A stretch of DNA of 64,000 nucleotides from Callorhinchus milii (GCF_018977255.1 NW_024704742.1:22880001-22944000); one strand, 5' to 3'. Shown: positions 24,710 through 36,903, counted from the stretch's first letter. The notes: generated by a model from the sequence alone, not told the origin. Program-made: numbers and translations.

Positions 24710-25585
24710 ATAGCACACCAACCCCCCCCACACACCACCACCACCACCCCCCCATCACCACCAACAACAACCCCCCCACACCACCACCACCAACACCCCC
24801 ACACACACCACCACCACCAACCCCCCCCCCCCACATCACCAGCACCAACCCTCCCACCCCACACCACCACCACCCCCCCCCCCACACCACCACCAACCCC
24901 CCACCCACACCACCACCACCCCCCCCCCCACACCACCACCACAACCACCCCACACCACCACCAACCCCCCACCCACACACCACCACCACCCCACACCACC
25001 ACCAACAACCACCCCACCCCCACACCACCACCAACAACCACCCCACCCCACACCACCACCCCCCCCCACACCACCACCAACACCCCACCCCACACACCAC
25101 CACCAACCCCCCACACACACACACCACCCCCCCCACCCCACACACCACCACCAACCCCCCCCACACACACACACCACCACCAACCCTCCCACCCCACACC
25201 ACCACCACCACCCCCCCCCCACACCACCACCAACAACCACCCCACCCCACACCACCACCACCCCCCCCCACACCACCACCAACAACCACCCCACCCCACA
25301 CCACCACCACCCCCCCCCACACCACCACCACCCCCCCCCACACCACCACCACCCCCCCCCCACACCACCACCAACAACCACCCCACACCACCACCACCAA
25401 CCCCCCCACCCCACACACCACCACCACCAACAACAACCCCCCCCACACACCACCACCAACACCCCCACACCACCACCACCAACCCTCCCACCCCACACTA
25501 TCACCAACAACCCTCCCACTCCACACAACCCCCCCCCCCCACACCACCACCACCACCAACCCCCCCCCCCCCCCCACACCCCCAC
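24710..25585. repeat. ~0.9 kb (CAC/CCA/AAC)n low-complexity array, G-rich on minus strand
   Basis: Almost only C and A on + strand; recurring CCCCACACCACCACCAAC units. Confidence 0.97.
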
Positions 25586-26147
25586 TGTTAGTTCTCGGCC
25601 TTACACGTCTATAATTCTGGAAATAAAAATATTTGCACAAACCTTCAGGTCCAAACTCATCGCCGGTTTGACAGCGCTCTGCTGACCGGATAACCGCACC
25701 GAGACCCCGCAGCAGGAAAATGAACAGGATTTCAGACCTTCCAAAGATCCCGAAGAATGCAAACACACACTCCCCCCCTTTTTTTTTCTCCCCCCTTCCC
25801 CCCTCCCCTTTTTTTGTGCTATTTTCTGTTTGAGGGAGTGGGTGGGTGGGGGGTATTTTCCCCCCTGTGTCTCCCCCCAACCCCCTCCTCCAAGTCAAGT
25901 GCAGATTAAATCACGATTCCATCCACGCTCTTTGCTGCTTTTGCTGACAGCTCCTCGTCTCCTCTCCTCTTCTCTCTCTCTCTCTTTCTTTCTTTCTCTT
26001 TCTCTCTCTCTCGTTCCCCCTTCTCCTTCTCTCCTCTCCCCCTTCTCTCTCTCTCTCTCTTTTTTTTTAACGCGTCCTCTCCTTGAACTTAATCCCAAAT
26101 CGGTGACGAGACGTCAAAATCCGTGGAAGAAGAAGGTGTGTGTGTGT

Positions 26148-26205
26148 GAAGAAGAAGAAGAGGAGGAGGAGGAGGAAGAAGAGGAGGAGGAGGAGGAGGA
26201 GGAGA
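26148..26205. repeat. (GAA)n/(GAG)n polypurine tract
   Basis: Directly visible. Confidence 0.95.
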
Positions 26206-26530
26206 GTGTGTGGCCAACAGGGAAACTTTCTGACCATTGCAGACGGTCTCTGCTGCTCTCTTCTCCTCTCTCTCTCTCTCTCTCTGTGCTCACACAGACA
26301 ACTCACTCCACTGCACTCCCCTCCATTCCACTACACTCACTCACTCAGTCACTCACTCACTCACATGGAGTCCCAGTCTCTGCTCTGCTGTGGCTGCCGC
26401 CGCCCTGACGTCAGGCTGTTTGTATTTACATTGCACTTAAAGAGGTCGCTACTACTGTACAGTACCAACCAATGGGAAATGTCATCAAGCAAAGTGGTGG
26501 TGGGGGGTGTGTCACCAAACTTTGGTGACA

Positions 26531-26561
26531 CCCCACCCCCCCCCCCACCCCCCCCCCCCCC

Positions 26562-26607
<46 letters not shown>
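26531..26607. repeat. Nearly pure poly(C) tract, ~75 nt
   Basis: Directly visible; exact length may be unreliable in the assembly. Confidence 0.9.
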
Positions 26608-26609
26608 AC

Positions 26610-26811
26610 ATCCCCAAAACCAAAGCAGAAACCGCAATAATAAATTGGTCATTTTCGATCCCCGACTGCGCGCCGGACGCCGCCCGTGTTCGCCCACGAA
26701 CGCGCAGCCGATCCGCTTCACAGCACATTCCGCGAAGCGCTTCGGGACGTCGAGAAGACGGGAAAAGCGCTCTATCAAACGCAAGGATTATTATTATTAT
26801 TATTATTATTA
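26610..26811 (+). mobile_element. 5'-truncated SINE copy with strongly GC-shifted sequence
   Basis: Alignable to consensus (AATAATAAATTGGTCATTTTC...AAAAGCGCT.TATCAAA.GCAAGGATTATTATT) but with many A>G/T>C changes. Confidence 0.88.
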
Positions 26812-27007
26812 CTCCCTCCCTCCCTCCCACCCGCACCACCTCTCCTTTATCGGACGCGCTAAAGCTTGTACGATTTTCGGCAAGTCAATAATGTTTCAGT
26901 TATCAAATTCCCCAAAAAGTTGTTAGGCGTTTGTTTTCCGTGGGTAATAAGCGCTCTCTAACCACCCCCCCCCCCGCCACCCCAACACACCCCCACCAAA
27001 AAAAAAT

Positions 27008-27152
27008 TCTGTTTGTAGGACAAAGCTGTGTGCAATCGGCTGCACGTTTCCTCCCCAAAATGTGCAGTCCACCTACTTTACAATATATTCTGTGGAGCGC
27101 TTTGAGACATCGCAACAACGTGATAAGGCGCTATATCAAATGCAAGGATTAT
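27008..27152 (+). mobile_element. Diverged SINE 3' half
   Basis: CTGTTTGTAGGACAAAGCTGTGTGCAATCGGCTGC...GCGCTATATCAAATGCAAGGATTAT. Confidence 0.8.
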
Positions 27153-28059
27153 GTTACGTTATTATCAAGTTGTGTAGATCGCAAACACAATATGCAACCA
27201 AAAGAAAGCTCATCCAATGTCATTTTGCTCCATGTCTTGTGTTGTCGCTACAACAACAACTTGCATTTATATTACGCCCTTCACGCTGGATAGCGTGCCG
27301 GAGCGCTTAAAGTTAATAGAACTTGATGTTATTAGGTTTGTATTTGTTGCAAACAGGAAAGTCGCTGCTGGAAAGCAAATACTGCACTGAATTGCAATAA
27401 TGTCATCTGAACTCCCAGGTGTGTCGCTGCTTTGGAACATACTCCACAGTTTGTTATTTTATGCGGAGTCTTGGCGGACAGGAACAGATGACTGGCTCCT
27501 GCAAATACATTACATGATTTGACAAGCAGCTATATCTTTATACTATCACATGGGAGAATATAACCGTGTCTATTTACTATATCGATCTAACAGTTGATTA
27601 AATCGCAACAATGCATCTGATAACATTACTGTAGCCAATTTTGGTTTACAGGCTCACTGGACATATCAGGAAAAAGCAAGTTTCTGCAAGATTCTCTCAT
27701 GCTTTAACCTCAGTTTTCTTACAGCCGATTGCAATTTTTTCATGTTTTTCCTTAGGTTCTCTGCATTTTTTAAATATAATTACTGCAGATTGCAAGTTTT
27801 TTTTCAAATAGCATTTTGTACTTATAGATTGTTTTTGCAAAACAGTAAGTTTAGTGTTAGTTTAGTGAAAATTGTGTAATAACTGTTAACTTCAAAACAT
27901 TGTTTCAGTTTTAAGCAGTCATGAACCCCCCCCCCCCACCACCACCGGCCCACTGTCAATCTTTTGACAGTACAGAAGTACTGAGGTGGTAACGTTGACA
28001 CTGCACTTCTTAACAAAAAAAAACACAAATATACAGGTGTTTAGAAAACAAAATATTAT

Positions 28060-28160
28060 ATAACAAAAACAGAGGTGGTTGGGAACACTCAGCAGGTCAG
28101 GCAAAATATGGAGAAAGGAAAGTGAGTCAACGTTTTGGGTCCACGACCCTTCGTCAGAAC
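28060..28160 (-). mobile_element. Penelope-like terminal repeat fragment with hammerhead-like core
   Basis: Minus strand reads CTGACGAAGGGTCGTGGACCCAAAACGTT; homologous to the arms at 60.7-61.1 kb. Confidence 0.6.
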
Positions 28161-28497
28161 GGAATTTTGCAGTATTAAGTTACTTTCCCAAAAAAATTTT
28201 GTCCGCACAATCTCAGACTTGAAACATTTTATGCTTAACGCACGACTAGCTGAGAGGGTTTGAAATTGTGAGCCGCACCTCTCCTCTCACTTCAAAATAT
28301 TTTGAATGCTGCTTGTGAAGTGACTAATTACAGCCTTGTAGCTGAGGCCTTCAAAAAGTGCCAGACACTTTGATGTAACAGCCATCTCGCAAGCAACAGG
28401 ATCTTGTGCTGTTCTGGCATTTGCTTAGCAAATTCTACTATAAGCCACACTACCTCCAACTAAAAAAAAATAAAATTCTTGTACCATTAAGGAAAAG

Positions 28498-28783
28498 TAT
28501 AATAATAATCATACTTGCATTTGATATAACGCCTTATCATGTTTTCGAGACACCACAATATACTGTAAAGTGAATTGACTGTATATTTTGTGGGCAGCCA
28601 ATTCCTCACAGTAGTGTCCCACAAACAGTCGTGGATTGAGTGACCAAATTATTATTTTTGATTTTTTTAAGCGTTTATTACCCCGAAAAACGATCCACCA
28701 TGCGACTAACAATCCAGTTCCTACTTACTGCTATATAAACAGAGGGGTGTGGAGTAAGGAAACTTGCCTAAGGTTTCACTCAC
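28498..28783 (-). mobile_element. SINE, longer subfamily, tRNA head missing
   Basis: Reverse-complement tail/core plus the extra segment shared with the 54.8 kb copy. Confidence 0.82.
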
Positions 28784-29556
28784 CGTTTAGAGAAAAGTGT
28801 AGGGATAAGGTAGAGACTAGGGATGTACTGTATTTAGAAATTTCAGCTGCCTAAGCAAAGCCCAGTTTAGAAACTGGGAGCACTGCAAAGCCGCATTTTC
28901 ATGACGTGACTAGTTTCAGGTTGGGATTTTATGCTTTTGGCATTTGCTTAGCAGAGTAGGATCTCAATCTACTTCAGCATTCGCAAGATATTTCAACATT
29001 TCACGCAGCCACAAAGGAAGAGAGTCAATTTATAGGGTCAATTCTGTTCTTTCTTGGCTCCTTATCTATTTTTCTCTGACACATGACCAGCCAAGTGTGT
29101 TCTGTGTTTTAGAAGGATTGTTGGTAAACTTAAAAGCAAACTTGTATTTGATATACTGCCTGTCACATCGGGAGCACATCTCAAAGAGCCTTGTTCTTAG
29201 TTCTGCGTAGTAGGCGAACCTGGCAGGCAATTTGAGCACAGCAATTGCCGTCAAGTGAATCATCATTTTTTTAAATTTAACTAGAGCAAATTAATCAGAA
29301 AAAAATAACAGTATAAGTCACAGTCAGCAAAGCTTTTAAAAGTACAGCACTGATTTTAGCAAATTTAGTGAATTAGTGGCTGTATATATTGCTGTACATG
29401 CCTGTTTCAGAAACGGTCCCAAGGTCTCTGCAATTATAAAGTTCTGCTGGAGCTGATGAAACAACTTCAGTCTTCATTTTTGACTAATTCACTTGGCGAG
29501 GAAGGCAGCCCACATTAGCAATCTAAAGTGGCAGGAAGAACAACCCTCAGTGTTGG

Positions 29557-29780
29557 GCAACAACAATAACAGCAACTTGAATTTATATAGTGGCCTTTAC
29601 GCACGATAGGGTCTCGGAGCACTGTACAGTGGTAGCATTGGGCAGCGAGAAAGGGGGAGGGGAAGGAGTAGGTTACCATATGCGCTGTGATGGTCACCTT
29701 CTCCCCCACGCCCGCCTCCACAAGGAGGTAGGTCTTCACGTGGGATTTAAAGATAGATTTAAAAGGCAGCAACAAAAATC
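29557..29780 (-). mobile_element. Diverged L2 3' remnant
   Basis: (CAA)n tail; minus ORF FKSIFKSHVKTYL resembles the L2 ORF2 C-terminal FKxxLKTxLF motif. Confidence 0.6.
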
Positions 29781-30459
29781 AACATTCCATTGAATTTTGG
29801 TTTGGTTGGTATAATGTCAAGGAATGAAACTCTTTCTTTTCAGGACCATTAAGAATGCATATTCCAATCCTGCATCCTCAAACTTCTCCAGGAATATTTC
29901 GGACTACTGTGTGATATCAGTATGTCTGTCAGTTAAGGTTCAAAACATTATCTCTTAAAGACAAGACATTTTTCCAGATTTCTGGCTTCTTGTGTTCTGC
30001 ATACTTTACCCTAAAGTCTGCAAGAGGCAGACTCTTTGTAAACTGTTGACTAGATACAATGCAGAACAGAACGTATGCTGCTAAAACAGAAAGCAAAAAC
30101 TCATCTTCCTTCGGTTGATAAACTACCACTGTATAATCTGCTGTGCTAAATGCAATGTTATGACAAGGAAGATGCTGACTTATTCGTGTACAATACATCT
30201 ATTTCATCAGTTGTGTCTGACAAACTCCATGTAAAGATTTAATATAATAATAATCCTTGCATTTGATTTTGTGCCTTATCACCTGTTGCGACGTCTCAAA
30301 GTATATGATATACTGTAAAGTTGAGTGACCGAATGTATTTTGTGGGCGAAGATATAATCACTCACATTAGAACAAATTAGGAAAGGCATAAACTAGGAAG
30401 ACAGAAGTAGGTAAAAAGACTTCAAGTTTGGAACAATTTGAATGTTAGTGATTTGTATG

Positions 30460-30735
30460 TTTGTTTACGTGTTTTGTTGAAATAAAAATTTAAGGAAGGA
30501 CACTGTTTGTCAATCTCCTGCAAGTAAAGAAATAGATGAAGCTTTGGTGAAAATATTTGTAGGCATTCCATAAATACTGGAGGTACGTTTGAAGGTTGAA
30601 GGACAGCACATATTATTTTGTTATCCAAAAGGGCAGTTAATTTAACATCTGGTGATGTAGAGAAGGAAAAGGATCTGGGTGTGATTATTGAACATTCACG
30701 GAAGGTTTTTTGATGATGTGAAGCTGCCGTCAACA
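30460..30735 (+). mobile_element. Degraded CR1 LINE fragment
   Basis: GAGAAGGAAAAGGATCTGGGTGTGATT encodes EKEKDLGV, a CR1 ORF2 motif. Confidence 0.55.
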
Positions 30736-30983
30736 AAACGAATCAAATACAATAGAAATGTATTATTTCACACCTTTTTTTAGTGATTGGCCCTTTATTT
30801 TCATTCAATCACAATGCATTGACTTCCCTTCTCTATCATAATAAAAGTGAGAGTTATTTTATCTATTTTTCTTCATGACTTCTGGAGATCTGCTGATCAC
30901 AACTGATTTGGCAACGTAGTCCAGCATCCTGCTTGTCTTGGTTTGTTTTTTCACAGTCTCACATTATTTAGACAAACTTTATA

Positions 30984-31216
30984 AATCCCATGGCACTATT
31001 CAAAAAGAGAAGGGAGTTTCTCCGGTGTCATTTCCCCAGATAAAATTGGTCATTCACTTCTTGGATGTTTGTGGGAAATTGCCGTTCACAAATTGGTAGC
31101 CAAATTTGCCTACAAATTTCATAACCACTATGCCTTTACAGTATATCCTGTAGAGCATTTTGAGACGTCCTCCTGACATGAAAGGCACTATATCAAATCC
31201 AATGATTATCATTATT
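30984..31216 (+). mobile_element. Old DeuSINE 3' remnant
   Basis: ATCCCATGGCACTATT...GGGAGTT...GGCACTATATCAAAT tail. Confidence 0.72.
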
Positions 31217-32489
31217 ACAAGGTGAGTGACAAGTAATCTAACATTCCAAGCTGTTTATCATTTTTCCATTTGATAAAATCTATCCCAATCATAGACATTT
31301 ACAACACAGAAGAAGGCCGCTGTGTTTGTGCTGGCTCTTTGAAACATCCAAACATGTGCCTCCTGTTATTACTTTGCATTCTAGTACCTTTCATTCATTG
31401 ACATTGAAGGTTTTTGATCAACATTAGAGTTTGAGGACAAACGTAAGGCAGTATTATTCTCTTATATAGTTGCTAGACAAAATCAATCCATCTGGCTTAG
31501 ATATTTGGCCTTATAGTGAAGCTTCCCATCCTATTGGAGCGAAGCCTGGACTTAGTTAACAGATTAGGCGTGGACAGAAGCAGCACATACATCCAAAAAA
31601 ATTAGTATTGGGTTCAGGATCATCTCACCATACAAAACCTAGGTTGTACAGGTTAAATCTTTCATTGCTCTGTGCAAAAATGCATGACACAATAACACGT
31701 TTTTACCTTTTCATTTCATGCTCTGTTTCACCTACTCCTTCAATCTTTTCTGCATTAATGAGCCAATTGGTGTGCTGATTCAGTATCTGAAATGATCTCA
31801 AAGATTTCAGGCCATCATATGTCTCTTTGAAAGAGGAATCCATTCAGTTCCTTTTATCTACTGTTTTCCCAAACTCCTGCATAGTACTCCTTGTTAGATA
31901 TCTGTCTATTTCTCTCTTGAAAGCTAATATGGATTCTGTCTCAATCACCACAATGTAAATCAAATTGAACTCAATACTTTTTTGGCAAGCTAATATTTCT
32001 GTTCAAGATGAGCCTCTTTCTTGCCACAGTCAATATTTCCAACCCTCCTACCCGGGGTCCCAGCAGGGCAGAACCATTATGTGGAGTGCTCACAATACTC
32101 CAATCTTTTCTATTTTGAAGGAGTTAATCAACACTGAATCAACTGCCTTTGTTGGGAGTTTGTTCAGAGTTCCACTACTCTGAGGAGTGAAAAAATGCCT
32201 TTTAATTGCTAGTTCCACTTGATTTTGACAATTTTAAGCCCTTTTCCATTTCAAGTTGTAGTTTAAGACATTGGCCTTGTAATTCAGTGAATTACGATAT
32301 ATTGTCTGGGCCACATGAATTATTCATCCAATGTAGTATAAAACGGCCCATCCACTTTGTCAAGTAATACACTAACATAATTTCTATTGTTGGGATATGA
32401 TGAATGAATTCTCTACTGATATCCTATGACAGATTAAGCAAAGTGGTGGTTTAAATGGAAGATGAGTGGAATTCTATGCATTTGTATTT

Positions 32490-32813
32490 GTGGAGTCCTG
32501 TAGCTCAGTGGTTAGAGCACTCGCTTTACAAGTGAGAGACCTGAGATCAATTCCAGGCAGGTCAGGGCGAAACCTTGGGCAAGTTTCCTTACTCCACACG
32601 CCTAATAATAATCCCTCCAAAACCCAAAACAATAATAAATTGGTCATTTTCAATCTACGACTGTTTGTAAGACATTGCTGTGCGCAATTGGCTGCCGTGT
32701 TCGCCCACAAATATACAATCAATTCACTTTACAGTGTGTTCTGTGAAGCGCTTTGGGACATCCTCCCGATGTGAAAAGCGCTATATCAAATGCAAGGATT
32801 ATTATTATTATTA
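32490..32813 (+). mobile_element. Full-length young tRNA SINE
   Basis: Near-identical to 6541-6858. Confidence 0.94.
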
Positions 32814-33084
32814 TATGAATTAAAGGATAGACATATCAAAGATATTTGGCTGATGTCACTGAAGTAACTGTTTTTTAAAAAAACAACAGAAACTGGGGTA
32901 CTTTCTTTTGTGTCTTTTTGAAGAATGCTATGGATTAATAAATGGAAAGTCGACTTGATGTACTACCGTCAACTGCTACAGAATGAGTGGATGTGGATTC
33001 ATATTCACGACTTCCCAAATAGTAGGATTCACATGCATTCACAACTGGGTTATCATACAGTTCTGATTATTGAGACATAATTAG

Positions 33085-33535
33085 GGCTGCTGAGACTCTA
33101 GAGACAGTGCAGCAGAGTGCAAAGGAGAGCAATGAAGATGATCCCAGAAGAATGAGCTATGAGCAATGATTAGATAAGGTCGGACTCTTCAATCTTGAGA
33201 GAAGGCGACAGATAGGATCTCATAGACGTTATATTAAATTTTTAAACGGGATTGAAAAAGTAAGCCCAGAACAATACTTTAGGATGCCACAGGACAGTAG
33301 AACAAGGGACATAGGTTTAGAGTGGCGAAGGACAATTTCAGGACAGATACCAGCAAGTTTTTCTTTATTTGGAGGATAATCAATGACTGGAATAGGTTGC
33401 CAGGAAGGTGGTTGATTCCTGACTCATTTAAAAAGCAGCTTGATGCTGTGATCAAGGATGATAGCATGGGTATTCTTTGACAGATGAAATTACCTGGGCC
33501 AAAAGGCCTTCTTCATTGAAACCAAACTTGTGATC
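33085..33535 (+). mobile_element. CR1 LINE 3' remnant
   Basis: Degenerate GLFNLERRR, RTRGH, INDWNRLP and SFKKQLD motifs plus a CR1-type 3' end (GGGCCAAAAGGCCTTCT). Confidence 0.8.
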
Positions 33536-36019
33536 TGTTATATTGTGATCAATTATCAATGTACTGAGTGACTGCGCACTTCCACAGTCAGAGGGAGGGA
33601 AAACTGTAGGGGATAGTTGCAGTTGTAAACTCTCTAGTGATCAGATGCAGAATTTGATTACAGAGGACCAGGAGCATGCCTGTCTAAGTGGGAAATGGTA
33701 TATTGGGGAGGGACAGAGGTTTCTAAAAGTAATTCAAAGCGGGAGATGAAGTCAACACACAAGAACTTTATTGAAGAATAGCACCGATAGGTGAAAACAC
33801 CTTTCCATAGTCAAAATCAACGGATCTTAAGAGAGTATTATTATTCCATTGATGTGCGAAAGATTCAAAAAGCCCAAGAGCATGACTTGAGGTTTATTAT
33901 CTAAGGAATTCTAAGTGAATTGTTTTAAAGTAATAGCATATGACCTTGAGGTACATGTGTATTGTAAAAGGGAGAAGTCATTTGTATTAATTGAATTGTT
34001 TATTTCATCAAAGGATGTTTACATCTTGATCTAATAAGTGAAAGAAATAGCATCAAAAAATTAATTTGTTTTTCCAAAAGATATTTTCATTTTTCCACAA
34101 GGTGGCATGTGATGGTGATGTGAGAAAACATTGAATTTAGAGCAAATTTCTAAAGTTCCAAAACGTGGTTTGACAGATTATTTTTATTGATTTCACATAC
34201 CCTCCTTTTTAACAATGTTGAATAATATAAAGTTAACATAAAATAAAGATCCCAGAATTTCACAATTGGAATAAATCAAGTGTAAACAGAGGAGAAAAAA
34301 TAGGAACAAAGCATAACATGATGTCCTCATCAGTTCTGAAGTGATACTCAACTTGTGCAAAGTATCAAAGTCTTGAATCTTTGTACCTACGGGTTTGGAT
34401 CATATTAATGCTGTTAGGATATTATAACAATAACTTGCATTTATACAGCTCCGTCATGTAAAAGTGCTTTACATAATATGCTCAAATTCATTTACAAAAG
34501 AGGGAGGTAGAGGGAGGGAGAATGGAATAATGGATTATGAGAGAGGTGGTTAGGAGGGGTGGAGGATCTTGTGGAGTATAAATACCACACAAACTAGTGA
34601 TGCCGAACAGCCTGTTTCTGTGCAGTAGTCTACGTAATTATGGTTTTCTATTTAATTGATCTGAAATATAGGTGAAGTTTGTTTTGTGAGTATTGACGGA
34701 TTACATAAGAAATTAGTGGTATTATATGTCTCACTACTTGGAGAATAACTTCAACTTGTTGATTGCACGAGTGATAAATGCTATGGATCCCAAAAGAGCA
34801 AGTGAGTCATACAACCAAAGCGCATGACACATTTATTGCCAGGGGCACGGCAGGTAAATAAAGTTCTTCATATAATCTTACATTTGATCAAGTCAAAAGA
34901 ATTAACTTTCTCATATCTTCAAGTGGCACAGCGGCACAGCATTTTAAGCCATAATTCATGCAATGTTTCTAAAAGGTTCAGATACCACATGCCAGCGCCA
35001 AACAAGAATTCTTGTTCCTATCAAGATTGGCACTGTCATGTGGTATCCCACTGCCACTCATCTCGAGAGAGAGCAGGTCAAAGGAGCAGTTCAAATGCAA
35101 ACTCTCGGGGACGGGGAAAAGTACAGGGCACCCTCGTCAGGTTACCCTGTGAATTGGTGATCCACAGGGTAACCTGACCTGATCACCAAATTGGTGATCC
35201 ACAGGACCGCTGATATTGCTGATGCATGTCATGCACCGGAAATACTGCTGGTGTCACTTCCTGCGCACTGCACATCTGCTGATGTCATTTTGTGAAAGAA
35301 GTGACATCAGCTGCACCGCTTGCTCTTGCACAAGAAGTGACATCAGTGGTGACCTGATGGCAACCTGAAAGTTGGCAATTTTTGTGCACTTCATTGGACT
35401 CAGATGAATGCAATGTAATGAGGTTGCCCTGTATGTGGAATGGGAGTACTTAAAAAAGGGAATTATTTTAAACCTGGCTAAAAAACAATCAATCTAATTT
35501 TTAATAGCTGAGTGAATAAGCATTTAATATTAAAGTCTGTCCATCATCCTTTTGGTCGAATACAGTACTAGGCCTTAGAGACAAGATGTCTTAAATTCCA
35601 TTAGTCATAACCTGTAAGATCTCTTTGCCTTAAAATTTAAGATGACACAGAATTTTGGTAAATTCTTGAATTCAGTCTTAATTTGGAAGCTGTTTTTCTA
35701 CAACTCTTACAAATACAATACTGAATTGAAGAATATTCCACTTAAAACTTAAGATGGCGTAGAAAGGAATTTAGGGCAGAGAATATTTTCCGGTTTCCTG
35801 GTTAACAATTCCCCAAATAAAATTGGGACAATGTGGGACATTGCTGCATGCATGCTGGTTGCCACGTTTGCCTACAAAAATACAGTAGATCCTGTAAAGC
35901 AGTTTGGGATGTCCTCCTGATGTGAAAAGCACTATACCAAATGTACAGATTATTATTATTATGAGGTTAGAATGAATTTCAGGCCTCGGATCACAAGCTC
36001 AATTCCAACTTAGCTTTTC

Positions 36020-36810
36020 TCAGCAAACTTTCCCGCTCCTTGTCCAACGAGGACTACCAGTTAGGGCTTTGGCTTTCAGGGTTAACAGGAGTTGAGTGGG
36101 ATGACTCCCTGCCCTCAGTGACTGGTCTGCCCTTCCAGGTCCTGCCGATGCGACAGGCTGTCTGTGCTGTCATCAGCAGTGCCCTGGAATACTACATCCC
36201 CACCTGGCTCAGGAACCAGATTACTGAGACCGCCATAGAGTACCGGCTTGATTCCGACATTCCATTGCCAGGCACGTAACCTTGGGACCAGTTCAGCTCC
36301 AAGGAGACCCCACTTACCTCTGCCCCAAGGAGGATAGTCACTGGTTGGTTGTTCAACATCTGACAAGTACAGGTTTGATCCCTCACTAGGTGAATGGTAG
36401 GTACAAGGAACTCCCTGCAAGCTTCTCAGGGAAACAGCTCAGCAATGAAATGAGTGAAAGCATTGCCACCGGCTTGTTGTCCACAGCTCAATCACATATC
36501 CTTTGCTATTGAGCGATGGTTCCATCAATTGGAAGTGCAGAGTTTAGGCAGCCGCTGCTTGCCTCTCTGCAGGCCAATCAAGGTGGATTCCCAGGCGCTG
36601 GACGTACGAATGTATGTTCACGAACTTGGACTCCAGATAACACCTACCAGAAGCTGACGTCCCAAGCCTCAGAGTTTCCTCATCAGCTATCTGACCAGCA
36701 TCTGTCTTCAGCATGGTAGAAGGATCTTTACCGGGCAGCTTGATCCTGGACTTTGCAGATGCGTCAGAGGAAGCCTCTCCACTGCATCTGCAGGAGCTCA
36801 GATTTTCCTG
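36020..36810 (+). mobile_element. Unidentified dispersed repeat with decayed coding frame (copy 1)
   Basis: Homologous to 44545-44800 (-), 56860-57300 (+) and 61285-61930 (+); shared peptides such as GLTxxEW(D/E)(D/E)SLxxVTGL and SEFPHQL. Confidence 0.6.
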
Positions 36811-36903
36811 GGTTCTGTAAAATAACCATTATGGGCAATTTTGAATCAAATACACCATTGCAAAACAACACATTGTTCTCTTGTTTAAGGCCTCACCTTG
36901 AGA

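Larger units (their letters stand above)
25590..26900 (-). promoter_or_regulatory. CpG-enriched candidate distal promoter/first-exon region
   Basis: Visibly raised CpG density; palindromic CRE CCTGACGTCAGG at 26404-26415; CCAAT at ~26469; candidate minus-strand donors AAG|GTTTGT (25643) and CGT|GTAAGG (25605). Confidence 0.4.

Noticed and set aside
24513..25898. Gly/Val/Trp-rich and Pro/Thr/His-rich ORFs
   Set aside because: Products of the CAC low-complexity array; no domain signal or codon structure.
25830..26408. Poly-Glu / poly-Arg ORFs
   Set aside because: Derived from (GAA/GAG)n and (CT)n microsatellites.
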